From positions 27,890,213 through 27,954,212 of the forward strand of contig OZ234493.1 in assembly GCA_965153455.1 (NCBI GenBank): a stretch of 64,000 nt of DNA, read 5' to 3'. The DNA comes from Sphagnum compactum (Eukaryota). The position numbers and the translations under genes were made by a program. Positions 14,235-27,089 of this stretch are shown one piece after another. Position 1 is the stretch's first letter; each line of letters opens with the position of its first letter. The notes beneath the pieces are model-generated. The model was not told the DNA's origin and ran no database searches. It worked only from the letters and a program-made list of their open reading frames with translations.

Positions 14235-14775
14235 AATAAAGGCCACATCTAAAATGTAAGGTTTAACCATTGCACCTTATTTTTGGATGATTCACATCCT
14301 TTAAATGGCTCAAGGAAAAGTTTATTCCATTTTGGATTTTGAAGGGCCTTGTTAAGCTCATCATCAATGAGCAATGTTTGATCCCTATCCCCATAAGGTA
14401 GACTTTTACATGCAAAGTGAATTTGATCCAAGTCCTTTAGATAGTAATAAACTGTTCGTGTGAGATAACCCGTTGTTGTAATGCATTGCTCATGTCCCCA
14501 AACAAATACAAATTAATTAATGGAATTTTTTGGGCATAAAAAAAGGTAGAATTTCCAAGACAACTTCTAACAACAAACACAATCAAATAACAATATAAAA
14601 ATGTTCAAATGCTCGAGAAAGGAAATGTTCTACTCCAACACAAATTTCCAACTTGGAAACGTCTAAATTCTTCCTAGTCTTTCACTAATTCCCTTGAAGA
14701 AGGGCGCACTTTGGAAAGTAACAAAGGACACCATTGACGTTGAGAATGAACAGTTTCTTAGTTGTGCCAAATTGA
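14235..14775 (-). pseudogene. Decayed FCP1/NIF-like (HAD superfamily) phosphatase domain
   Basis: Minus strand gives KKLFILNVNGVLCYF...HFLSRAFEHFYIVI...DQTLLIDDELNKALQNPKWNKLFLEPF. This fits the NIF pattern KKLLxLDxNGxL / FL..F..F / NTLLxDDxPxKAxxNP. It has several stops and frameshifts. Confidence 0.6.
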
Positions 14776-15562
14776 GGTCAAAAAGGGTGAAAGCACATTA
14801 AGCCCCCCAAAAATTGTAGTCACAATATAATATTTGTGCATTTAGTTTTTTTGGTAATGTGTGGACATCACATCTTGGGTTATTTTTCCTTGTTTTAAGT
14901 ATATTTAATTAGCTTTAGACTTAAGCTAGTTAGTTCTTTACAAAATTCCCAAAAAGATCAAAAGTCTTGAATGTATGAAGTATATTTGAAACAAAATAAT
15001 ACTCGTCACAAAGTTTAAAAATTTACAAATATACTTCAAAAGTAAGGTTGTTGGTGGAATTTTTTGGTGAATTTTTTTGTGGCGAATGATGATGATATAC
15101 ATAAATTAAATTTCAAACCATTTAAAATTTTAAAACTTTTGGTTGAAAATCCAATCAAAAAATGGGTTTTTTTTGTTTTTTTATAATAAAAGCTAAATAA
15201 ATTCTATGTTTTAAGAAAAAACCAATACCATATGAGAAAGAAAAAGATTTTATAGATGGGCATGGTTTTATTTTTCAATTTCACTTTTGTTTGATAATGT
15301 TCCTTGAAACTTGAAATGGAGGACCCCATTCTGGGACCAATGGATCCAAAACATGTACATTACATATTTCAAATATATTGTAAATTCAGAGTTTTTTAGT
15401 TGTGGGCCGTTGGATTGAAAATGATCCATTCCAAATCAAAATTTTGTAGTAGTAGCATTTGGATATAACAATCCTCCATGATTCTCATCAGTTGTTGTGG
15501 AGGCTCCAAATTGTGATTGCCCATCTACACAATAAACATGTGTTTAGAAATTTAAAAATGGC

Positions 15563-15960
15563 ATCTAGGATTAATGTTCCTAGAATCATAGTGACCTTAA
15601 GTAGAATTTGGGGCAAGGAACAAAACATGCATGAAAGAAATGACAGGTCTAGGATTAATGTTCTTGGAACCATATTGAGCTCATGGAATTCAAGATAAAT
15701 CTAAACATCCATGAAAGAAATGAGAGGTCTAGGACTAATGTTCATGGAACCATATTGAGCTCATGGAATTCAAGATAAATCTAAACATCGATGAAAGAAA
15801 TGACAGGTCTAGGACTAATGTTCATGGAACCATATTGAACTCTTGGAATTCAGGACAAGTTTAAACATACATGAAAGAAATGACTGGTCTAGGATTAATG
15901 TTCTTGGAACCATATTGAGTTCCTGGAATTCAGGAAAAAGATTGAAACATGCATGAAAGG
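15563..15960. repeat. 80-bp tandem repeat, 4 good copies plus degenerate flanks
   Basis: ATGAAAGAAATGACAGGTCTAGGATTAATGTTC... starts at 15631, 15711, 15791 and 15871, an exact 80-bp period. Confidence 0.9.
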
Positions 15961-16464
15961 AATTTGAAGAGATCAAATCAAGGAATTCCTAATATGCTTT
16001 TGTTTTAGGACCATAATTAGATCCATCAAGAGGTGGTTCTTTAAAATTTCCATCCCAAAAATTAACACAAAATTCGTTTCCTTAAACCAAAGAAAAGGTG
16101 AAGGTGACCTTTGGAACTCTAGACAAGGAATAAAAGATGTGGAACATAGTTGACAATGACTTCTTGGAATTCAAGACAAGGAACTAAACTTAGGAAAGGA
16201 ATACAGAAGTTAGGAAATACACTTCTTCAAAACATGCATTGCTCCATCAAAAAGTTCATAAACTATATGGTTCCTTTAAGTCTGTAACTCATTAAATGAC
16301 CACAAGAAAATAATTCTTTTCAAGGTAGAGTTGGAACATTTCAAAATATTGCAACAATTCTTGAAATCCAATAGAAACTAAAACATGACATCATGAGCAA
16401 GGGACTAATTGTTTTGAAGGAACATTTTGGTTCACAAATTCAAAGATGGAAATAAACTTGAAGT

Positions 16465-18526
16465 AAGGCCATTGAATGTAAGTACTAGAAATCCATGTAT
16501 ATAATGTTGTTTCCGACCACATGGGTGAATTTGTTTCCTTTTGAGCTTTGTCAAAAAACCCAAATGATAGCCGCCAAGATGGATCAAACACTTGGTTGCA
16601 TCCTTTCACTTGACATTTAGTCGAATATGTGCATTGAATAATCAAGCACCAAGGGTGGTAGCAAGGACCACACGAAGTCACACATATATCATTGCAATGA
16701 AAGTTTTCATTACAAATCGGACAATCCTAAACATATATGACAATTTTTTCACAAAATTGGAAGGTCTAGCTATAGGAATTGGGCATGCAAAAGTGATACA
16801 ACCAGCTTTCAATTTTGACCAATACCTTGCAATGAGAGTTTGCAACCTTTCAAGGACGATTTGGTTTCTGAGGTGCTTGTTGTAAGTGCTCTCACAAGCA
16901 ATTAGGTTTTTTCCACATTCTCAACCTACTTTTGTCAACAATAATTTTGATTCTACTTGCTTACAATTCCTCTCTTCAAAATGAAATTGTTGTTGTAAAT
17001 CTGAAACCTTAGAAGCATGATCATGCTTTGTTGTGTCATCAACATTCTCTACAAGCACACCATCTGTACACATGAGATTCTTAGAAGGGTCCTGCATAGA
17101 GAACAAGGCCACATTAGGATCATCTTCAACCTTGTCAAACTCTGCCCTAATTTAGGCATAGACAAATTTCCAATCATCAAACATAAATTGAGCTCTTCGA
17201 TGCTCAAGTTCCTTTTATGATTTCTATGCCATGAACTCTTGTATGTGTTGCTTCAAACTTAAAAAAACTTGTTGCTTTGCAAACAACAAGTTATGCACAC
17301 CTTTAATCACATATTTGGTAATAATCGGCTACAATAGGGCTTGTAGAGGTGTAATTTTTGTAGCAACTTTCTTTGACATAAAACCTTCCACCTTCATCTT
17401 CATTGCTTGTGTTGTAGGTTGGTGATTACATGCAAGACTTGAAGGCGGGAGAGGCACACATAATAAATTTGAAATTCCAGAAAGGGTTGTAGCACCACTA
17501 TTCAAGTTTGGAATGTTGGAAGGGAGAACATCACAATTAAAACTTGTTACTACAGAGTTGTTTAACAACCTTAAATTTGAAGGCATAGGAAGAGGACTTT
17601 GATGTGCGTGGAGTGAACGCTCTTGAAGTTGCACCAAGTTTTATTGTCATGTTTTTCTTGAACTTTCAAGATGTCATTGTTTTTTTACATGAAATATGCA
17701 TAAGAAGCCCAGTTCACATGAATGCCTTTGTTCTCAGCCATTATTCCACGAACAAACTCCAATGATAAGGTTTCATTCATGACATGTGGGTTTTTGAAAA
17801 CTCGAGAGTAAAGGCTTTTGATGACACCTTGAAACTCCTTGTTAATTTGTAGCTTATATTTCCTGCCATTCTTGTCAAAGCAAGGTCCAAATACAACACA
17901 CATCAATAAACACATCCATTTTTGTCAAATTTCTTAGATCTTGACCTTTTCCTCTCAAGCCTTGCAAATCGATGAAATATTGCAGATCTAAATTTTCATT
18001 TTTGACTTCATCTTTAACCTGTCAACAACTAAACACCAAACTCAAAAGTTAAAAATTGGACAATAACTCCAAATATGATAAAACATGATAAAACTTCCAT
18101 GTACTTTTGCCATGCTTACACTATGTTTTGCAATGATTGAGCTTAAACGTGAGTGGATGGATGTTGTTGTCAAATTAGCATGACTTCACACTATGACACA
18201 AATATTTTCTGTAAAAAAGAAACAAGTAGTACCAAATTTGCAACTCGTGCCCAAAACACACGAGAGAAAAGCGCGATTTACAAGATCAGTAACAATTTCG
18301 ATGCAAGTTTGAACTTCATAAACAAAGTTCGTGGAGAAGTAGGAAAAAACTTGAACCCTGACGGCTATGCTAGACCCCCAGGAAAAAAGGTAACAAACTA
18401 TTAGTTAACAGAAAAACAAGGAATTAAAAAAATTAAATTGTCATTTTGAAATAAAAATGGGCCCAAAGTTCTTGAATTTTTTGGGTGGGTGGTTCCTAGT
18501 GGTACCACCTAAGGATAAGTTTGCTT
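16465..18526 (-). mobile_element. Dispersed repeat copy A carrying a decayed gene with a coiled-coil region and a C-terminal RING finger
   Basis: Colinear reverse-complement similarity with 45293-47352 across about 2 kb. Shared peptides include GGTTRNHPPKKF, KYKLQINKEFQGVIKSLYSRVF and DDTTKHDHAS. RING-like segment: DCPICNENFHCNDICVTSCGPCYHPWCLIIQCTYSTKCQVKGC. Confidence 0.8.
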
Positions 18527-18529
18527 TAA

Positions 18530-19893
18530 AGTGATTTTTTTGACCATGCAATAAACCAAACATTTGGTCAAAAAGGCTTGAGGTCCATAAAGATGACCAA
18601 GGTTTAGTCAAATTGACCATATTTAATAACCATTGTGAATTATAATTGGTCAAATTGGCCATTTTGATTTGACATTTAGTCAAATCAACCATACTAATTT
18701 GACTATTTAAATTACAAATTTATTTTGCCTAGGGTGAAGTTGATAGGCCCTAGGTTAGACATAATACAACTAGTAGGTACTTATAAAGTTTAATAGGCTA
18801 CCTACATGTTACCTTTAGGCACATGTAGGTATTTAGATTTAGTACATTAATTAACTGATTAATAATTGATAGTTAATATTCAATAATTTGTGATTAACAT
18901 TTTGTATAATTAATTAGTCACCAAATAAAGATTAATTAATAACCAATAACTAATTTATCCATCAAGTCGTTAATTAATTAATTAATATTATCAAATTAAT
19001 CTAATTTTGGGCTAATATTTGATAATAATTTATAATAATTAATAGAATTAAATATATAATTTTAAATAATTATTAATTCATAGTAAATAATCATTAATAA
19101 ATAATAAATAATAAATCATTGATATTTATTTTTATTAATTAATTATTAATTGAGTTAATAGCATGTAGTAGCCCACTAGGCGTAGGTACCTCGTACATGT
19201 TGTCTAGGTAAATACTTGGTACATGGTATAACTTCCTACTTAAATAAGTAATACAAAAATATTGAAGTTCATTGATGAATGTTACAATATGTACATTAAA
19301 ACAAAAAAATTCAATGAACTTTATTTTCATATGATGACAAAAGTTTTCAACTTTTGAAATGGTAGTCCAGTGGTAAGGAGTTGACTCCCCAAATTGGAGG
19401 TGAGGAATTTAAGTCCTCACACATACAACATTGGTTACCTACATTACCTTGGCTTTATGTGGCTTAGATAGCTCTAGCCTAGGCTGCCTACGCAAGTAGG
19501 TCTAAAGTTGGCCACCTAGCCTAAACTAGTAGCTAGTTTAGGGAGCTGAGGCTAAATAACATAGGTAGGTCAGTAAATTATTTTATTTTGTACATTAATT
19601 ATGAGGTAATGTAAATAGCCAAATTTATTAACTAATAGATAAATAAATATGATTATAATTATATAAAAAATAAATCATATATAATTGTTGTCAAAATATT
19701 GTTGACTAGTATAATTTTTTAAAAAAAAATCTAGTACAAAAACCAACCAAAAAGACCACCAAAAAGACCATGTCAAAATGGGCAGGTCTAAAACGACTTG
19801 TCCAAGATGGCACCTTAGTCAAATCAGACATGAACCATTTGGGGTACCTTTTGACCAATGTTCCCAATAAAAAAACCTTGTTTTCTTGTAGTG
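18530..19893. mobile_element. CACTA (En/Spm) transposon arm and right terminal inverted repeat
   Basis: 19881-19893 is TTTTCTTGTAGTG, the reverse complement of the canonical En/Spm TIR CACTACAAGAAAA. GACCA/TGGTC short repeats lie near the terminus and the arm is AT-rich. No partner TIR was found. Confidence 0.65.
19357..19425 (+). other. Degenerate tRNA-like or SINE-head sequence
   Basis: A-box-like TAGTCCAGTGGTAAGG, plus a T-arm-like hairpin GTGAGGA-ATTTAAG-TCCTCAC with a decayed B box. There is no convincing acceptor or anticodon stem. Confidence 0.35.
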
Positions 19894-20699
19894 TCCACCT
19901 TATGTTCTTCAAATTCCCTCCTAAACTTCATCTTCTTTAAATGTAGCACCTTGTTACATAACTTATATTTCTCACAGATTTGCTTTCGAGAGATAACATT
20001 TTCCTATTAGATAAAATGTCGGGCTTTTCTCCATATAAAGGCTCTACAAAAGAAATCATGGTGTCTTCTAGTTTTACTTTTTTTTTTAGGTCTACAAAAC
20101 TCGAATTACCTTTTCTCGCCATAAGAAACATTGTGAAAAAATACACTAACATAGGTTATTGGTGGTAAATTGTAGCTTTGTAACTTTCTATAAGTGCATT
20201 TGATTACACTCTCACACACACAATCACAATCAACGAGAGAAATGAACAAGATCACACTCAAGTAAGAGAGAGGACTATGTGTAGTTAATCATGTCCATGC
20301 ACCTCAACCAATTATAGGCTTCAACTACACAATATAGATTGAGAGGCTCCAGTTATGGGCTTTGATGAAATTTGAAATTTCCTGCTTTTGATGTACTCCC
20401 TTTTCCCCACCTAACCCTGACCAACCAATCAAATTGCAACAAGCCTACTAGTTATGTGACTTCAAAATAATTATTATGATTCATCTATGCACAAACCCAA
20501 TAAACAATTTGGGTAGTTAAGATAACTATACAAAGAACCCTATGGGCAATTAACATTCAAGGTCGACATCATAGGATTGCCATTCTAGAAAGGTCTAGAC
20601 ATTGCAATTAGTCCTGTAACTCCTATGATCCCTTGTGCAATGACATAAGCACCCAAAGCCCATTATCATAAACATTTAGCACCCCACCTAGTTCACAAA

Positions 20700-21430
20700 A
20701 GGAAAAAACACCCTTGTTCATTTCAATAAGGACACCATCAACCCAAGTGCATTTAAACAACGACACAAGCACTTTGGGACCCATTTGAAAAAGGAAACCA
20801 ACATCCATGTCCACTTCTGAAAGGACAAAAACACCTTAAGGACCATATCAAAAAGGAAACTAACACCCAAGGAAGTCCACTTATGAAAGGACATAAGCAC
20901 TAGATAGAATTCATTTGAAAAAAAACTATCACCAAGTCCACTTACGAAAGGAAAAAACACCTTAGGACCCATTTCAAAAAGGAAACAAGCACCCAAGTTC
21001 ACTTATGAAAAGACATAAGCACCTTAAGACCCACTTCAAAAAAAGAAAGAAACACCCAAGTCCACTTATGAAAGGACATAAGCACGTAAGTCCACTTGTG
21101 AAAGGACATAAGCATCGTAGGATTCATTTCAAAAAGGAAACCAACATCCAAATCCATTTATGAAAGGACATAAACACCTTAAGACTCATTTCAAAAAGGA
21201 AACCAACACCCAAGTCCACTTATGAAAGGACATAAACACTTTAGGACTCATTTCAAAAAGGACACCAACACCCAAGTTCACTTATGAAAGGACATGAGCA
21301 CCGTAAGACTCATTACAAAAAGGACACCAACACCCCAACCCATTTAAAAAAAGATTCAAATACCCCTTTCCATTGGAATAAGGACACCAGAACTCTTATT
21401 CCATTTAAAAAAGGAACTAAGCACCCAAAC
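20700..21430. repeat. About 62-bp tandem repeat, about 10 degenerate copies
   Basis: TCAAAAAGGAAACCAACACCCAAGTCCACTTATGAAAGGACATAAGCAC... recurs, for example at about 21129, 21191 and 21253. Confidence 0.85.
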
Positions 21431-21719
21431 TCCATTGTCAAATTAAGATGTTGGCAATCATACCCATATCAAAAAGCTTAAAGAACACAAAAACCCTTGT
21501 GTACCCTTTTCATAAGGACATAAGCACCCAAGGGACTAGGTCCACTTCTAAAATGACATTAATAAATTTTAGCAGTAAGGTAAGGACTACAAATAATGAC
21601 TAAACATCAATTCTACACTTCTTTAGGGACAAGAACACCATCAACTTTAATATTCTTCCAACAAGTTTTAGATGCATAACATACTGATTGAAAACACAAC
21701 ACAAATTGGATTGCAATGT

Positions 21720-22500
21720 GTGAAATAGACTTGTGAAACTTGAAGATAATGGCAAGGATGCTTCTCATCTAACTTGATGCCAATGTGTCATTTTACAACA
21801 TCTTTTTCAACAAGGGATATTGTAGTCTCTGTTGTCCACCATTGTATAACAAGTTTTTTGAGTGAGTGTGGCATGGAATCAAACCTTTTTGCTTGCCTTT
21901 GAGCAATCCAAAAAACATCATTGCTTGCATCCAATTTTAGGCACCTTTCCATGGCCTTCTTGATATTATGCCTATCAATACCCAAGATTGTTGCAACCCA
22001 TTTGATTGTTATTTTTTTACCCACTCATTGTTTTGATGCAAGCATGGAAACAATGTCCTTAGCAACCACAATTTGAGCCTTTCATTGACCAACCAAATGG
22101 TTTGTAATTTTTAACTTCAAATTAGATAATACTTTTTGGTTATGCTTCATAGATTGTAAGTCACTAAGATAATCATGGACCATGGTTTTTACAAGAAGAT
22201 GGGCAAGGAACTTCTCAAGTACAACATTTTGAGCATTAGATTCCAAATTTTTCACTTGTTCCATAACATACAATGTAATCTTCCTTTAAATTTTAGCAAT
22301 GATCCGTTGTGATTGCCTAGCATACATGTCAAGAGATCTAGACATTCTAACATCTATAGAAGTGACAACTTTAGAATCCTTATCTACTTGAACTTTTTTT
22401 GCCATAAGGGCAACTATTTGCATTTTGCACCTCTTTACACATTCATGTGTATGAGCCTTCCTCTTTTCTACATACCATCTCTTGTACATGCTTGTTTTCC
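21720..22500 (-). pseudogene. Fragmented transposase-like coding relic
   Basis: Consecutive same-strand ORF pieces 22286-22489, 22082-22273 and 21788-22024. They contain an HTH-like VATILGIDRHNIKKAM and RFDSM...VIQWWTTETTISLVEKDVVK*HIG...HPCHYLQVSQ, reminiscent of DNA-transposase N-terminal regions. Family is uncertain. Confidence 0.35.
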
Positions 22501-25500
22501 ATTGAGTTTTTCAAGAGGGTTGTTTTGAATGCAGAGTTCATTTCTATTGGAACTTCCTTCGAGGTTGGGTCCTTTTTTGTGGTTGGCTATTGTGGCATTG
22601 AGAGACCTACAACCACCATGAACTTGAACATACATAAAATGGACAACACCCAAAACTAATGGTTGTAAGAAAAATGCGTAAAAATATAACACGTGCACAT
22701 GCACATGATTAAAACCTAGCTCCAAATTGAAAACAATAGAAACCAATTTCCAAAATACTTTTAAACATACAATGCATATTTTATTTGAAGTTTGATTCTT
22801 CATGAATTTAGGGTGATTGTTTGTGCCATTAGACTCTCCACACTATCCAAGGCCAATCTACAAATGCAAGGATCCAACCAAAATTAGAAGTCAATTTTGT
22901 AAACCTATTTCACTTCACATAGCACAACTAAGGAACCCATGTATGTGTTTGGTATTTAATTAACTAACTTCAAAGCCTATCTAGAAGCGCAATACATTTG
23001 AATGCTATCCAATGACAACACTTGCAGACCAAATGTATTTGATGTGAGTTACACCTTCCAAAAACAAACATTTCAAATGGATGATACTATCACTTTTGAT
23101 GGCGATTGACATTCACTTGTAAGAAATTTCAAATTGTAACAAGGTTCTATCACTAAGAAAAAGGTTGGTTATTTGACCTAAACAGCAAAAAAATTGAAAA
23201 ACAAGGAAAATTGAACCCTAATTCAATAGCTTGTGAAGTGAGTACCTACATGGACATGAAGTGAGTACCTATGTGGACAATGATGCACTAGCAAATCCAT
23301 CGGGCTTCATTGCTGGCCATGAAGATCTAGCACTAGAAGAAATGTTACACAATCATTTGATCCTATCTCTCTCCATAGATTTAGGATGCATTGAAGTGGA
23401 ACATGCTGAGGTGGTGGATGGGGATATAGAAGTTGATCGATAATCTTTAGGTGACAGTCCAACAAAATACAAGAATGTCTTTTACCACAATCAACAATCA
23501 TGTGCGCTTCAAGTTCTTTAGAAATGATTTCTAATGGACTACTAGGAGTGTAAAAAAGATCATTTTTCGAATCATCATCTTCAGCTTTTAGCAAAGACCC
23601 TATGGACTTTACAGTTTCCCAAACACTTCTATTGATGCGATTGACTTGTTTATGAGAGAGCGCCCTACATGTCAAAGGATCCATAACTTTCATGAGTAAA
23701 TGTGAATCCCTAAATTCTAATTTTTTTAAAAACCTACAAATAATCTACAAAGTCCGTTCAAAAAAAATGCAACTCATTGCCAAAGCTTGTTGCAACAAAC
23801 ATGTTTATGTTTTGATGAACATGGTGTAATAGCTAGAATGGGCAAATGTGCTTCTTGTTCAAGCTTTGACATTCGAACTATAACTTTGGATGCTGGGTGC
23901 AACTGAAGCTACACACTCTTCAATGCATTTTGTTGGATGGTTATGATGTGCAATCCTACTCTAAGATGATCTCCACCATTGTTGAAAACCTTAAGAACTT
24001 AACCCTAAACCATAAACATCCATTCATATTTTCCTTTCATTTAGACTTCATTTTGTAAATTAATCAAAAACAAGTAGATATATCAAACTCTTATAGATCC
24101 CACTTTTAGAAATTCCAAGAATTCACATTTATTAAATAATCACATAATTTGGTTCATGTGGATATTTATTACATACTTTTAAGATCCATGTGCTTGAGTT
24201 TTATATTTTTAAAAACTAATTATTCAAAATAAAATTTTACAATAACTTGAAATTGTGTATTTTTCCATACAAATAGATTTTGAATAATGTGTGTAAAATC
24301 AACGACCATGTAAATTTGCATATAATATGTCCAGAAATCCTTATATACTATAAAAATTATTGATTGTATATTTTATGACACTCAAATTTTTATTGTAATA
24401 TCAAACAAATTCAAGACAAATTTAGGACAATCAAGATTGGTTACAATGCTAAATGAATGCTTCTAAACCTTACATCTTAATGAAATTCAATGAAATTTTT
24501 GTATGTCATGAAGAATGATATAACACCTAAGATTACCTAATAATTTTGAATATGTCCAAATTTTCAATCACGTTATACCAAGAATCATGTTTTTTTTAGG
24601 AGTGGTTATGAGTGTAGCCAGTCGTTTCATTGTGTCCTTACCCATTCCCTTCAATATATCCTTGCATGTACAAAGTGTTGCATGATTGATTCACTATTTC
24701 CAAGTTGTTGAGCTCTAAGGTTTGTGTGTTAATAAATTGCTTTACATCTACAAAGATTACAAACTAAAATACAAAAATATGACCCAATTGAACCAAAGGT
24801 CCAACCTCTGAGGACATCAAGATTAACATTGCTATTGTAAGCATGTCATCATATGTATGTTTTTCGATTGGACTTAATCATGATCAGGCACCCCACCTCT
24901 CTCCTGCCAATTTTCAATCCCTAACGAGTTTGAAAAACCAGTTCAAGATACTATATACTCACTAGCCCTACAGAAGGGTGTCCTCCAAGATGTTTTCTAT
25001 AAGGATGCGTGGGATTAATGAACTCAAAAAAAATCTATAGATTTCAATGAAATTATATACCAAGTGTAGTGCCTCTTAAACCTAATTAAGAGGTTTAAGA
25101 ACCACAATGTAGCACTCTATCCTGACAACAGATTAAAAAATCTAGAGTTCAGAAAGATTTCACTAGGCAGGAATCGTTTTTTGGCAAGCAGGGCAATAAC
25201 AAACTAAAAAATCTGGAGTAAGACCTTACTCTGTACATGCAATTGTGTCATAGACAAGAGAGTAGGGCAAAATAGTTTAATATCACTTTTCTTGTAATAG
25301 TAGTAGAAGAGGCACTTGAATTTGGATGATGTGACTGAGCACCAATCAGTGCACCATCCGTTAGACACCCATTATGGCTCAGTTGTGGTTACCAGGTTCC
25401 ACTTAGACTTTTCCCTTAAACCCTCCTACTTCCACCTCACACTACCAGGCTAGGTATAACTTACCTGTGGAAGTGGGTAAGTAGTGCATATGCAAATAGG

Positions 25501-27089
25501 CAGAGAATGTAAATGATTACTATATAAGTAGGTAAGGCACTTGGTGATTACTAGGTGGATACTTGTGGATGGTCAGTAAATATCTAACCATCATGGTTAG
25601 CTATGGGACCAGAAAACAATTTGAAAAAGTAATTTCTCGTCAGCAGACCATTCACCTTGCATGGGGCGTTGTTGGGTACATGTTCACTGTGATCCTACAA
25701 TTGTCAATGTCTCTCTCACTTTCATTATGTAAGTTGATTAACCACTTTCATGCTTCAGACATTGGGTTTTAATTAAGGCATTTTGCGTATTACTGTAATG
25801 CATTCTAGGTCCATTTCACTTATGCCATTTGAGGTAATCTTTTCTGCTGACTGTTTGAAGTTGGCATCAGTTTACCATTATAAGTCAACCTGAGACTTAG
25901 AGAATTCATTTTGCACCTGAAAGTTAGAGAAAATCATTCATGGCACTTGAAAGTTACCTTACAATCACTTTTTGTCATAGCACCAATTTCTGGTATGTTG
26001 TCAAGGAACATGAAAAGTTTGTGTAATGAACACCACAAGGTTATTACCAAACACACCAGTACATATTCTAAGTACTTAGTGGATTCCAAACATCCATAAC
26101 AATTCAGACATCCTCTCTAATTTTGGCCACCTAATGAAGAAAATGCAGCGAAAGAATTTCCATGAAAGAAATCTCAAAAAATCTGGCAACAAAAAAGTCA
26201 CAACATCAGCAATTTTTTATTGGGGCCATTCATGAGATGTAGCTACAGATTGCTTGAAAACAACTTCCAAGATGTGGGGGAAACTCTCATATTAAATACT
26301 GAAATGCATGTTTCTTATATTTCTTTTGTGTTCTCAATGTATAGTGTATCTGGTGCTTTGGTTGGCCTGGTGAATGGTTCATAGCAATGGCAATGTGTCA
26401 ACTGGGAGGTAGTGGTGATGAAGTGTAGGCAACCAGCTCAATTGCAGATTCCTGTATAGCCACATCATTCTCAATTTCCTCAAAAGCCTGCACAAATCAA
26501 CGAAGGATTGATCAGCACACCTGATCTGGCTCACAATCTAGCTTCTAAATCCTAGAATTCTGGCAGAAGTACAATTTATGCACAATAGAGTGGAAGATCA
26601 CAGCAGAGAATTTTGGAATTTCCAGGCTGAAAAGATCATCTTATGAGAGATGAAATTACTGTATGGGGTCTGCCATTGGAAGCAATTGTGGTTTGCACTG
26701 GGAAGACTTTTTCTTTGCTTACATGCTGCTAATTTGAAGCTCTTCACATTGGCAGACAAAGGACCATGTTTAACAGCAAACTGAATCTTGGAAGCTGTGT
26801 TGATCAGTTAGTGGTTGTGATCTGTTCAGCTACATCAAACTAAGTTTTGAGATCACCAGCCAAGCCTGAATAAATTTATTCACACTTTGGTCATGGAAGG
26901 TATGAGAAGCCTATATTCTCCATGCACAATCAGGTGCATTTGCAGTGCAGTGAAATGGATCAAGCAGATTCAGCCCATCTCCAGTGTTTAAATTCTCACT
27001 GTTGCCTGATGCCTTAGGCTCAACCTCCAGTCTAGAGGGCCACCAGAGTGGTGAAGAGCACAGAAGAGTCAGAGCACAAGACAAGCTGC

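Noticed and set aside
15563-15960. CRISPR-like interpretation of this and the other regular arrays (20.7, 57.8 and 62.9 kb)
   Set aside because: Whole units repeat without unique spacers, no cas genes are present, and the context is eukaryotic.
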